64,000 bases of DNA, taken from positions 2,976,001-3,040,000 of the forward strand of contig OX337238.1 of NCBI GenBank assembly GCA_946965045.2. Reading direction: 5' to 3'. Both the position numbers and the translations under genes were made by a program. This DNA comes from Epithemia pelagica (lineage: Eukaryota; Protista; Bacillariophyta). This document shows positions 11,200 to 23,256 of this stretch, piece after piece (position 1 is the first letter of the stretch; each line of letters opens with the position of its first letter). The notes beneath the pieces are model-generated. The model did not search any database. It was not told where the DNA came from and was given only the letters and a program-made list of their open reading frames with translations.

Positions 11200-12950
11200 G
11201 GTAGAACATCCTCCAAAATGGTCCACAATTCATACGACACAGGCACTGGCAAAAAATCCATGCCCCAATTGGTGTTTGATCCAAAGAAGAATCGTGATAT
11301 GGCAAAAGTCGTACCATGCGTAGTCCTTCATATCATTGGGTTCATGTTCTGTACTTTGTACTCGTCCTCACGGCGGATGCAATTATGGGAGAGACAATGT
11401 GGTTGGTGTTTTGACAGAGTTGATCGACACGGCGTGTCTGTTGCAAAATCTCCTCGTGAAATCACGATTCCAAAGAATGGGGCTCCGAAACGTCGTCCTG
11501 GAGAGAATCCTTGTCGTGTTGTTGTTGGAGTGAAACTGTCGATTCAGCATTGCTCATAATTGGAGTATCTGGAAGCGGAGTTTTCTTCCATAATGACAGT
11601 AACGCCTGATTTACCAAACTCGCCGCACTTTGGTCCTTCACCGTGGCATCCTTGGAAGCGACGTCTTGTTCCAGATCCACGTCCCAGATGGTGTTGTGTA
11701 CCGTGTCTCCGGCTTCCGACGACGACAAGACGAGAGACGGAGGAGACTCCAAGACCATGCATGCCTCTTCATCATCAAAGACCATGCATTCTTCATCATC
11801 CTCTTCTTGTTCGATAGTGTTGTCGTTTGGGCGACAAGGGGACGAAACAGACATTGCGGGAGAAATGGGATTCCAGACATTGGTCAACCACAAGAAGGGC
11901 CTTCCCACAAGATCACTATCATCGTGAGCAGCAGCATCCTTCCACGACGACGACAAGAACGGTTGTCCCCAAATGGAGGATTCAACTTTGAATCGTCGTC
12001 CTTCTTGTGGATCCGGGCCGAAGACAACAACGGTACGTTCGTTTGCATTGCATACCTCGTACCATCATCACCACTACTACAACTATCATTGCTGCTGCTG
12101 CTGCCGCAAGTCCACCGAATGGATTCAGGTGCCGCCAAGACCGATGATGACAAGGACGACAACTAGGAGGAATACGAATCCAATCGTTGGTGGTTTCGAG
12201 TGATGGACGACGACAAGACGGTTGCTACGTTGGGAACAATCGTTGGTGTCACGTGATTGTCGTTGATGTTGTTTGGAGGGTCTTGCAGTTGAAGTGGTGG
12301 TGGTGGTGCAAGAGACCCACTGTCAACTGCACCATCATTACCCCACTCTGGCCTAACGTGACTCAGCTCCTGGTCCAGGTGGTTGTTGTCCTCTCGAACC
12401 TAGGAGTGCGTTTTTTGCTTGTCCACTCTTATTGCGGGTAACACGATCATCTTTCGTAGTAGTTTGTCTTGATGGTTTGAGAAGAAAGCGGATACCGGGG
12501 CATTGCAATGGGTGGAGGTTTGCACCCTTTTCATCAAGTCCAAGGCTTTGTCTTGTTCTTGTTTCGTCGTTCGACACAAGCGATCGACCTGGACTTGCTG
12601 TTGACGTGCCGTCATGTTTCTTCTTCCTGTGTTGGGTGATGGTGTCGTGAACCAGTGTTTGCTTCGTTTTTCGGTAGGAGTTCTTCTTCTTCTTCTTCTT
12701 CTAGTGGTTGTCCGTTCGGGTGGAGATGGGTCGTGAAATTGAGGAGAATGCTTTGGCGTTTGCTTGCTTCTTTGTTGTTGTTTGTATTGTTCATGAAAGT
12801 CCTCTCTCTCTCCTCGTCGTCCTCCTTCGTCTTGTTACCAATGAGGAATGAGGACGCGTGGTATAGTGTGCGTGTATTGTCTTGGAAGTTGGGGAAGGAG
12901 AACCCTTTGCCTGTTACAGTCCGTACAACAGTCGCACACTCCTTCATATG
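11200..12950 (-). pseudogene. Pseudogene of the low-complexity membrane-anchored family
   Basis: ORF 11462-11956 matches the central part of the intact gene (TNVWNP, CMVLESPPSLVLSSS, DVDLEQDVA). In-frame TGA at 11462-11464 replaces the Arg of ESRFHQEIL; frameshifts elsewhere. Confidence 0.8.
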
Positions 12951-13467
12951 TGATAGCCCCAGACTCCAAGGACGTCACCCAGTCTTGAAGGCTGTTGTTT
13001 GGGGATATCGTTCTTTCCGGAACCACAATGTCATGATGGGTCTTTCTTTGTCGTCCTCTCGTCGTCTCTCGTCTGGACCCTTGCCCTTTTACAGTTCGCG
13101 TCACAGTCTTACACCCTACACTGAGTTCTCTACTACTTATCTAATTGGAGGGCATCCGAGTCCCGAGTCCGAAGTACTTTCGCGACCATACTCGAACCTC
13201 CGATTCCGATCCCGTCTCAGACGTCCGAATCCTTGTCTGGGACACCCGGCATTTTGGTTCCCCCAGGATGACTTTACCTAAACTCCTTTTGGGTAGCTAG
13301 GGCTGATCGCTAATTTTGCGAGGGCTAGCTATTTTATTTTATGCACAATAGGGTTCGGGTCAAAGACACGTGTTCAAGACCAAACGAACTGTTAATTAGT
13401 CGTTTTTTGTGTCACATCTGAGTCTTGTATTATGACGATCGCTAAAGCTTTCTCGTTTTGAGTCGTG

Positions 13468-13626
13468 TTGGTTTCGGGTTGGTCCCGGTTTTAACGTCTG
13501 GTTTCGAGTTGGTGTCCACTGGTTTCGAGTGGTTTCGGGTTGGTGTCCACTGGTTTCGAGTTGGTTTCCAAGTTGGTTTCGAGTTGGTTTCGAGTTGGTT
13601 TCGAGTTGGTTTCGAGTTGGTTTCGA
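13468..13626. repeat. 11-bp minisatellite (GGTTTCGAGTT)n, left array
   Basis: Tandem units visible directly, with GGTGTCCACT variants. Confidence 0.9.
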
Positions 13627-14233
13627 CCCCTCTACAAACTGCGAACGCAATAATCAACCATGTCGCTCAACAGACGGATCGTTTTGACCCAACAACTATG
13701 GAACCAACAACAACGAGGAAGCAACAAGCAACGACCTCCCGAACAACAACAACAGGCACCATGGATGCAACAAGGTGATACGCATGTCTCGGCTATGGCC
13801 TTCTCGTCTTCCTACCCTCCTACTGCTGGTCCTATCGAACGACAGTGAACGGGAAATGGAAACGCGGCAACCAGACGGCGACAACGACAACAACAACAAC
13901 ACCATACGCAACAATCAATCGATAGCCTTGACGAGGGTGGTGGTGTATAGGGTTCAATCTCGACGGACAATCCTCGTCGAATGTGTCGATGGGAGGAGGC
14001 GGATGGTCTCTGCTAGGTTCTCTTGTTTCACTTACTCGACAATCTGATCGAGACGTTTCACGGCACCCATGGCCTTGGCTACGGTATCGGCTGTGAGTAT
14101 TCGAGCGTCGTTGTTGTCGTTTTGTGCCCGAAAGCACGTTTGGACAAACTCCATGGCATCGGCCACCGTCACATTGTCCGAACCGGAAGTTTGAAATCTC
14201 ATCCCAGTCCGTACAAGAGGACAGGACATGGGA

Positions 14234-15232
14234 GGGAAGAATGGTGGTTTTGGATGGAGGAAGTGTCAAGGAAGCAGTAGTGGTGATGGCGACGACGTAG
14301 CGACGACAAGGACTAACGACAACAACAGCAAGTGACTAGCGGCGACAACGACAACGACAGCAAGCGGCGACAACGACTAGCGGCGACAAGGACAACGACT
14401 GGACGGAAAATGGCTGTGCCCCAACAGCCCCAATGCGACAATCAACTACTGGCTACCACCAAACGAACAACAACAACTACAGCACTCGGAGACAACAACG
14501 ACAACAGTCTGATGCTGCGACAACACCAAACGCAACAACACCTTACTCAACAATCAACTCCCAGGGAAGAATGGTGGTTTTGGATGGAGGAAGCAGTAGT
14601 GGTGATGGAGACGACGTTGCGACGACAAGGACTGTCGCAGCAACGACAACAACAGCAAGCGACTAGCGGCGACAACGACAAACCCAACGACGACAACGAC
14701 AGCAAGCGGCGACAATGACTAGCGGCGACAAGGACAACGACTGGACGGAAAATGGCTGTGCCCCAACAGCCCCAATGCGACAATCAACTACTGGCTACCA
14801 CCAAACGAACAACAACAACTACAGCACTCGGAGACAACAACGACAACAGTCTGATGCTGCGACAACACCAAACGCAACAACACCTTACTCAACAATCAAC
14901 TCCCAGGGAAGAATGGTGGTTTTGGATGGAGGAAGCAGTAGTGGTGATGGAGACGACGTTGCGACGACAAGGACTGTCGCAGCAACGACAACAACAGCAA
15001 GCGACTAGCGGCGACAACGACAAACCCAACGACGACAACGACAGCAAGCGGCGACAATGACTAGCGGCGACAAGGACAACGACTGGACGGAAAATGGCTG
15101 TGCCCCAACAGCCCCAATGCGACAATCAACTACTGGCTACCACCAAACGAACAACAACTGCAGCACTCGTAGAAAACAACGACAACAATCTGACACCAAA
15201 CGCAACAACACCTTACTCAACAATCAACTCCC
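14234..15232. repeat. ~3 copies of a 342-bp tandem repeat rich in ACAACG/ACAACA
   Basis: Identical translations recur at a 342-bp offset (14547/14889, 14752/15094). The first copy is degenerate. Confidence 0.9.
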
Positions 15233-15500
15233 CCGTTGGAACCTTTGTCGCTGGGTGCAATGTCAACGAGAGCCCCTTTTAAAAACCTTGATGGACGCTG
15301 AAACAACAACCAACGAAGACAAATGGATCGATGCAGGATGGTGAAGATGAACGAAACGATTGCCTACGACCTACGACACATACAAGCATGTACAAAGCTA
15401 GGTAGATGTTCTATAATAGTAGCTGTTCGTATTCAAAGAGGTTGATTGTTGTGCTAGCGCCTCCTCACCATGGTGTGGTTGGAGGTGGAGCTCGTATGTA

Positions 15501-15656
15501 GGTTTCGAGTTGGTTTCGAGTTGGTTTCGAGTTGGTTTCGAGTTGGTGTCCACTTGTTTCCACTTGTTTCGAGTTGGTGTCCAGTGGTTTCGAGTTGGTG
15601 TCCAGTGTCCAGTGGTTTCGACTTGGTTTCGACGTGGTTTCGACTCTGGTTTCGAC
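15501..15656. repeat. 11-bp minisatellite (GGTTTCGAGTT)n, right array, same orientation as the left
   Basis: Same unit and variants as 13468-13626. Confidence 0.9.
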
Positions 15657-17373
15657 GTTAAGCCACACGTGGCTCTGACTTGCGGACTCGAAAACATTTA
15701 AGACTGTTTCCATTGTGGGCGCGGATATTTCAGAGGGGTCCCAATTTGAGTTCGTTACATAGATCAACTCGTCTTTGAATGCTCTTTCGATTGGTTCAAT
15801 ATATGCCTCGCCAAATTAAGATATACACTTTGAAATATTGGACTAAAGTATGGCCGGCAAAATTTTAGTATTCAAAACCCTAATGTGAGATGTGCTAAAA
15901 GGTACGTAAAAACGGTACTGCAGTCGCGCACGTGAATGACAATAGGGGTATATCGCGCGCATACCGCGCAAAACTTTCAAGCTTGATTTCTCGAAAAGTG
16001 GATTTTTCAAATATCCGACTAGATGTCCGCTTCTTAGCCGTCCGGCCGCTCTCCGCGACCAATCATTTTCATTTTCGTTTTTTTTCGTTTATGAAGAAAA
16101 TTTCTGGTCAAAATGAAAATGATCACGCCGGCCTTCTGGATCACCCTTTCGAAATCTTGTGAGCAGACGTGCGCGCTTTGACCGTTGGTCTTGGTTCGTC
16201 TTCACTTTCCCCTCTTCCATGTTCCATTTCTTCACACAATTTTTTCTCTTCGTCTTTTCTCCTCTTCTCTGTTTGTCATGGACAATGGACATGACCATGC
16301 ATTCTCCATCATGCATACCACTGACATTTTTTGACATGAATAGACCATACATAGATAGAGTTTGGCTGTGCCCCCATCCCACCTTTTTCTAGTGTTGTTT
16401 TTTCTCGTGTAATTCTCGGTTTAAAAGAACACCCTCATCCACAACACCTTGTCTATACCGTAGGCTTGTCTCTTTGCGAGCAATTGACCTACAACTACAC
16501 ACTACACCCCTATTTTAGGATAACTCTCTTCCTGCTTTTGTTATGGAACATGCAGAGTCCCACATGCTGCTGAGAAACACTAGGCATGCTCCGGGCAATA
16601 AAAGCAGACCAAGAGGAGCAAGTCGACAACACAAGCAACTGAAGACTCAAACTGAGCAACAGATGAGAAATGGATGGTTTGCTCCACTAATCCTATCTCA
16701 CTGAGCTTTAAAACTCTATGGAATACTAAAAGAATCCTACAATTGATTTTAGCTGCCGCCCATTGAATGGACCAAAAATGGTGTTATACAGCACAAACAC
16801 ATGGCAATGTGGCAAAGAAGTGAGAACCTATCCCAAACTATTGTCCAATTCCAATGCAGTGATTAAGCTTTGTGGAACTTACCATGCTAACAAAGATGAG
16901 ATGCTCAGTGCTCAGCGACGAATTTGGTGTTGGTTTGGTCATTGCCTCATTTTGTTGCTTGCGTCCTGCGTCGATTTTGTGGCCTCTTCTGAACAACACA
17001 ATTTTGAGTCTTGTTGAGCAGAACGCCGGCCATCTATCAACTGCCAAAACACGCCAGCCACTCCAGACGGAAGTCAGATTTTTTTCTGGCGGAGTTGGAG
17101 TTTTTGGTGAGCGGGACAGACCATTCAAGAGTTGACAGGCAGACCACTAAAAAGCGGACACCTAGTCGGTGCCATTTAACGTCAGAAAGCAATTTTGATC
17201 TTATTTCAAGATCAAAACTCTTAATTATCAATAAAGTCAACGGATATTGTTGTTAAGTAGTTAACTTATTGTGTTGTAAGAGATCGCTAAATTCACACTG
17301 TACCAATTTAGGAGACTACCAAGCTGCCACCAAAGTACCGGGTGTCCCAGAGAATTCGGATTCCGATTCCGAA

Positions 17374-17484
17374 TGCTTCAGTCGCGGAAATCGTCGAGTC
17401 GTGAAGAATCGAAACGGGACCTACTCGTGACTGGCACGTGACCGGAAAAACCGGAGCGACTTTCCATTATACGCGCGACCACAT
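17374..17484 (+). promoter_or_regulatory. Upstream element shared with 19119-19208
   Basis: TGCTTCAGTCGCGGAAATCGTC...TCGAAACGGGAC.TACTCGTGACTGG.ACGTGAC.GGAAAA...ACGCGCGACCACAT precedes both K4 and the arrestin gene. Confidence 0.5.
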
Positions 17485-17614
17485 CGACAACCAATCAACT
17501 AGACAGACGACAGACAGACAGACTGACATTCATATCCCTGGGGTCTTTTCGGGTTTTCAGGAGAAGAATCAATCCTATCGCCCTCTCTGTTCTGCACGCC
17601 ATAACATCAACCCC

Positions 17615-18542
17615 ATGACACTCATGACACTGCAAGAACAAGCATGGCAGTCGGGCCTTGTCCTTTCGGACAACATGGACCATAACAGTGATGTATCACA
17701 GTGGAACTTGAACGACTGGCCTCCCCTTTTGGGTGGGTACCGTTTCAATCATGCATCGGTGGTGCTAGACCATCCCGAAAAGGATGGCAGTGCACAGACG
17801 GTTGTAGTTTTGGGAGGAGACATACTATGTGGTTTCGACACCACCATCTCAGTGTTGTTGTTGAGTTTGGCAGAAGAAAACAAGCAGTGGCGGGAAGGAC
17901 CGCCATTGAGCGACAAGAGAGGTTTACATGCTGCGGTGGTTTGTAACGGAGGAGTTTATGTGATTGGAGGACACAATGAAAGTTCACGCTTGGATAGTAT
18001 CGAACGGATTGATGTTGAAAAACTGTTGCAAACGTACTCGACGAGCACTACGGGGAACCATTGGACCATTTTGAATTGTCGATTATCTACCCCCAAAACT
18101 GCATGTTCGGCTGTTGCCGTGCAAAATCGATACACTGTCATCATGGGTGGAGGCCACGAGGAGACGAGTTTGTCATCAGTTGATATTGTAGATACGGCTT
18201 CTACAAAGCAACCACCCTGTCATGGTGGGACCGTCCATGACAATACCTCGGGAACGGTTCGGAAGTGCTGTCATTGGTGATCGCATCTTTGTTGTTGGAG
18301 GTTACAACAAGAGTGATGAACTAGATCTGACATCAGTGGAGTACTTGGAGTTCCAGAAGTCATCTGCGATTGAAACAACAAAGACTGCAGCAGAAGTCTT
18401 CCCCCCATCTTGCGCTTGGATAACTCTCGCGGACATCAAGCTTTCCGCACCAAGGCAAAATCGTGTGGTATCTCTGGGATCACGTTTAGCTCCTGGACGT
18501 GCAAAGACAAATTCATGCAATGATAACAGGAACGAGAATTGA
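17615..18542 (+). pseudogene. Divergent Kelch paralogue K4, frameshifted (~18205) and lacking most of the last two blades
   Basis: Blades 1-3 in ORF 17438-18280, blade 4 in 18222-18542. +1 base in TCTACAAAGCAAC; homology ends near LSAPRQNRVVSLGS. Confidence 0.8.
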
Positions 18543-19683
18543 AATGTACTACATGGAATCACCAGGTTTGTTCTTGGCTTTGTGTTTGTTTTCGTGAAAT
18601 CTTTGAGTTCATTCCTCAAAGTAGAACTATACAACCAGAACAGTGTATATACTCCTCCTTCCGTGTGTGTTTCTTGTTTACCCTTCAGTTAGTCTACGCT
18701 TCCGTAAATGTGTCTATTAGTGGCAATAAGCACAGGGTATCACATTGTGGCACGACACTTAGTACGTACCAACGGTGCGAAGTGCCTACAAGGGAGAGAG
18801 AGAGAGACTGAAAGTTGCCTCAAATGAGATGATCCACAAGAGGAGCTCTTCGTTCTTTGAGTGCGTTGGGCCAGTAGATGACAGACTGTGGATGACCTTC
18901 GCTTTTTGCGAGTAGACGCTATTTGATCACTAATGGTCGAGTGGTCGGGCTTGTGGATTACCATAGTCCCACCCTTCTCACCTGTGCAACGGCACTCTCC
19001 AGAAGAGGTCCAACTTGGACCGTGTGGCGGCTGGATCGTGTCTTGTGTGGTGGTTGTCGTTTGCTGTGTGGTTGTCTCGTTTCTCGTTGCCCACAATATT
19101 GCGAACTCGGAAGAGAACTGCTTCAGTCGCGGAAATCGTCTAGTCGTGAATCGAAACGGGACTTACTCGTGACTGGAACGTGACAGGAAAACAAACGCGC
19201 GACCACATGACATCACTACACGCTCTAGCGAGCGAGGCTTCTAGGGTGGTTCAACGATTTTAAACCCTCAAATTCAGCCCCGCTAGAGAGTGGACATCGA
19301 GCGCAGAAAAGATACCCACACTCCCACACCCACGCGATCTTTTGCCCCGCAGAAAACACACACAAAATCACAAACACAATCCCCACTCGCTCAATTGCAA
19401 TGGTAGATCGTAGTCATCCGGACGACTCACAATCCCCGTTGCCGTCATGATGAGAATGATCGATGATACCACACGTCTCCATGATTCAGGAGGAAGACCA
19501 ATCGCCCCGAGAGCGCCTAAAATCGCGAGTGGCGAGTGAGCAGTCCTCCACGAGACAAAGCACCCCCAATCTCATCACCACCAACAACCAACACATATGC
19601 ACACAATTTGGTTTGCTCCTCAAGAACTACTCCCAGCGACTATTAGAGATCAACAAGTACAAAAGAACCATGAAGAAGGTTGA

Positions 19684-21595
19684 ATTACTCATTCTCTTTC
19701 CAGATCATCCAACCATGGAGGCACCCTTATCTCCTCAAGAAAAACTAAACTATTACGACAAGCTCGCTCTGAAAGACAAGACGAAGGAGACAGTACAGCA
19801 GTAGCCCCTTCGATTTCCGTTGCCAAGGCTGGTGAGTCGATACAAGGATTTGTGGTACTCATCGTCAACGATCCCAAGGGTGTTTTGGCCACGGCATTGG
19901 ATATCACCTTTCATGGCAAGGAAGACACAAGTGTTGAGATCGACGATGGCACTGTTCGAGAACAGTATGGCTTTTTGGAACTCAAACTGCCGATGCCTTC
20001 TCTGGCTTCGACTGTCTATCAAACCTACGACAAAAAGGAAGAAGAGAACGAGACTTTCATTGACGACAGCAAAACGAGCGAAAAGAAGAGCAAACGGGAG
20101 AACAAAATTCGGATTCCTGCTGGCAAGTATCAAATTCCCTTTTCAGTGGAGTTGCCAAAATCCATACCCGGTAGTTTCTCTTTTGGAAAATCTACCCAGG
20201 GATGCAAAATACTTCAAGGCAGAGCTTCAAGGTTCCGGTCGAATGTGGAACTACGACAAGGAAGAAAACATTCATGTTGAGAGCAATGGTGGCATCTTTT
20301 ATAACCGCAATAAAGGCCGCAAGCTCGAAGCGAGCGGCATCGCAGTGGAAAGGCTTCATGAAAATCCAGACCCAATTCCTTACAATGCACCTCCTGTCAC
20401 TAGAAAGGTTTGGTCGTGCTGTTTTCCAATGGGAAGTATATCGTTGGCAGCACAGTTTGACAATATTCGTGTGCACAAAGGTCAAGAATGCCAGATCAAT
20501 ATTTCGTGTCGCAATCACTCGGTAAAAGAAATTGATTCCGTCAAGGCTACCTTGCTACAAAGATTCAGTTGGAAAGCCGGCTCCAATACATCGAGTAGGG
20601 CACAATCTCTGTTGTCCATGGACTTTACCCAACCTTTACTTTGCCAAGGCAGTTTGGCCACGCAAAGCAAGACCGTACAACAAGCTCAGGACATTTCATG
20701 GGAGTTGCGAGAAATATTTCGCGAAGTCAGCAATGCTCGTCATTCCGCAACCTTTACCATTCCACGTACAATTCCCAGTACTAACTTCGAGGATCGAATC
20801 CTGTGTTCCTATTTCGGTGGAAGCATTATCATATCACATCATTTGGTACTGGAAGTATCCACGTCCGGTTGTTGTGTTACCAATCCATCGCTCCAAGTTT
20901 TGCTTCTGGTCGAAGAAGAACCTTCAAATCAAGAAGAAGATGAAAACGACAATGATGATGAGGCAGAAGTGGAAGTCGTCGGTTCAGGACCAGCGATGTA
21001 TGTTCCCCCACAGTACGAAGATGCCATTCAAGCGCCTGTGATTTATGTTTCAAGTTCTCACGTGACCATAGGTGGTACAACGGTGGATGATGCCGTCGAG
21101 GATCAAGGCATTGAAGTAGATGTACAAGAATCGATGCTCGTGCCATCGGATGTTGCTGCACAACAACCCTCTCTCAAAATTCTGTTGCAGGAAATGTCGG
21201 GATCCGCGGCCGATTGGGGCATTGTTGAACGCAAAATCCAGGATCCCGACTGGTATAATGTTGTCTTTTCCGAACTGACGCCTGATGAGTACGCCCTCAT
21301 TTTGGAACAAGTTACTTTGCCTTTCGATAAACCCCAAATTGCTGCCTGTCTTGCACAAGCACTACAGCAGCAAGGTTCCGATTCTTCAACCTTTACTTGT
21401 GCCCATGTGGTGGCTGCTTTGAAAGTTGCTTCGGAAATGCATCGATCGACACTGGTAGAAAAAACCATTTTCTTCTGTTCCGATTTGGCAACCAACCAAG
21501 ATCAGATTCTTTCTCAATTGACAGACTGGGAAAAGTTGATGACATCGCATGCCTTTGCCAAAGCACAGGAACAAAATTTGCTTCGTGAATGGTAA
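19684..21595 (+). CDS. Alpha-arrestin (arrestin N + C domains, PPxY motif, helical C-terminal domain); 5' end uncertain, apparent frameshift at ~20205
   Basis: AGESIQGFVVLIV...ITFHGKEDT and GKYQIPFSVELPKSIPGSF...GCKI, continuing in another frame as YFKAEL...INISCRN.S...VKATLLQ and SHHLVLEV; VPPQY motif. Confidence 0.75.
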
Positions 21596-22025
21596 AGGAT
21601 TGGGTATGCCGATCCATGTTCGGCTAAGTATGCCCAGTACAAAAGCTACTGGATGACGGGAGGTCGGGTGCACCGAGAATAAGGTGGAGAGTCTTTGCTA
21701 TTTCGGATATTTTCAATCTTTATCGCAATTGAGAGGGAAGTGATGCTTATAGGGCATTGTAGTCCTCCCCGATGCATCGGGGTATGGTGGCTCTTGCTTA
21801 CCATTGCCATTGGCATGGATTTGGTCCTCACTCTAATGAGTGATAAGGGATGGATTGAATGTATCTTTCACACGTCTAGGTAGACCTATATTTTGAAGAG
21901 TTTGGCGAGTGGCCCAATAACTGGGACTTTCAATGGGAGCAGGATTCACTTTTTGCTATTCTTACCAAAGCGACGGTACACAAATGATGGCGGAAAGAGA
22001 GACGGCTCGTCTTTGGAAGAAAGCT

Positions 22026-22853
22026 TCAACTCGAGCTGGTCCGCGTCCATGCCCACATGGCGACAATCGCATTCCAACTGACCAGCATTGGTACAACTAT
22101 GCCTGGTGCCAATACCATGGGGTATGCAAACACAACATTGTTGGAAACAGTGCTCTGGTACAATTTAGTTGGCTTCATACCAAGCTGCAACATGGTGATG
22201 CCAGAAGGTACAATAATGACAAACCCAATCAAGTTCCACCAGACCAAGAACAATTGGTCATGAATCCATCGATTCTGTACCAGTAGAGCCAATGCACTGA
22301 GCCCAAACAACATGTCTGGAAACGCTGTTCCCCACGCAAAAACTGTGGGGAATAGCCCTTTGCGCCACTTGAGGAGACTTCCTATGGCAAGTGATCGAAT
22401 CCCTTGAAGGGTAACAAAAACTTGAATCGGAAGCGTGTCTAACATACGAAACACGGCATCCATCTCGAAACTGAACATGCTCATTTGAAGGAACACTGTA
22501 ATCATGGGGAACCATAAAATTGGCATGGAATGTAGGAACGAGTCGGTAGCAAAGATTCCTTGTTTACCAAGACGAATTACCAGAGAGGCCCAAACAGCTT
22601 GAAGTACGGGAGTAACCGCCAGAAGGAGGGCTTGTTTGGGACTGTAGATCTCGACGTGATACGAATACGCAACAACAGCCAGATTGAACAAGATCACCAT
22701 TGCTACCATTCGCGGTAACATTGAACTCGTTTGGACAATAGTAGCTGGTGCACCATCGGAGGAGGAAAGAAGTGGTGTGGTTGGAGTAGGACTAGGCGTT
22801 TTCGTGGCCATGTTCGATTTCTTCAATAGTTGACTGTCAAGTTTTATGAACAT
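22026..22853 (-). CDS. Multi-pass membrane protein (275 aa), intronless
   Basis: Long ORF with ~7 hydrophobic segments; motifs LQGIRSLAIG, GLFPTVFAWG...PDMLFGL, WNLIG, YPMVLAPGIVVP. Confidence 0.75.
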   Translation of the reverse strand: MFIKLDSQLLKKSNMATKTPSPTPTTPLLSSSDGAPATIVQTSSMLPRMVAMVILFNLAVVAYSYHVEIYSPKQALLLAVTPVLQAVWASLVIRLGKQGIFATDSFLHSMPILWFPMITVFLQMSMFSFEMDAVFRMLDTLPIQVFVTLQGIRSLAIGSLLKWRKGLFPTVFAWGTAFPDMLFGLSALALLVQNRWIHDQLFLVWWNLIGFVIIVPSGITMLQLGMKPTKLYQSTVSNNVVFAYPMVLAPGIVVPMLVSWNAIVAMWAWTRTSSS

Positions 22854-23104
22854 ATGTTGTCATGATGGTAAGAGTTGATGTGTCTTTGTTGTTCCCAACA
22901 ATAGATCCATTTTCTCGACATCAATCAATCCTCTCGAGCAGTCTTCAGTCGCTCCTCATACGCGCCAAATTTCTTCTCTGTTGTTCATATCTTTTTGTCG
23001 TTTTGTTCCGACGAATGGAGACTTCGTTGGAAGCACTGACCATGATGCCGTCTGGAACTTCTTCCCGGAACAGATCTTGGTTTTATTACAAGGAACGTGC
23101 TTGT

Positions 23105-23256
23105 TAAAGCCGATGCACCGCCCAATTGGCTCGAATGCGTCGTTGGCGCTTCCGCATCTACGTTCATTTGACATGGGCATGATTTGCGCAGCAGGACAAT
23201 GTGTCGATGAAGTTGACAGCGAATTCAAATCGTTGCTAGAAAAACGGGATGTACCT
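23105..23256 (+). pseudogene. Detached, internally deleted adhE relic
   Basis: 23105-23153 matches adhE ~26821-26870; 23167-23256 matches ~27331-27431 (SFDMGMICAAGQ...EFKSLLEKR vs SFDNGMICAAEQ...EFKSLLEKR). Confidence 0.85.

Noticed and set aside
14332-15344. Thr/Gln/Asn-rich ORFs in the 342-bp repeats
   Set aside because: Open frames are a by-product of ACA/ACG microsatellite composition and change frame between copies.
13468-15656. CRISPR array or telomere
   Set aside because: No unique spacers and no cas genes. The 11-bp unit is not a TTAGGG-type telomere repeat and is internal to the window.
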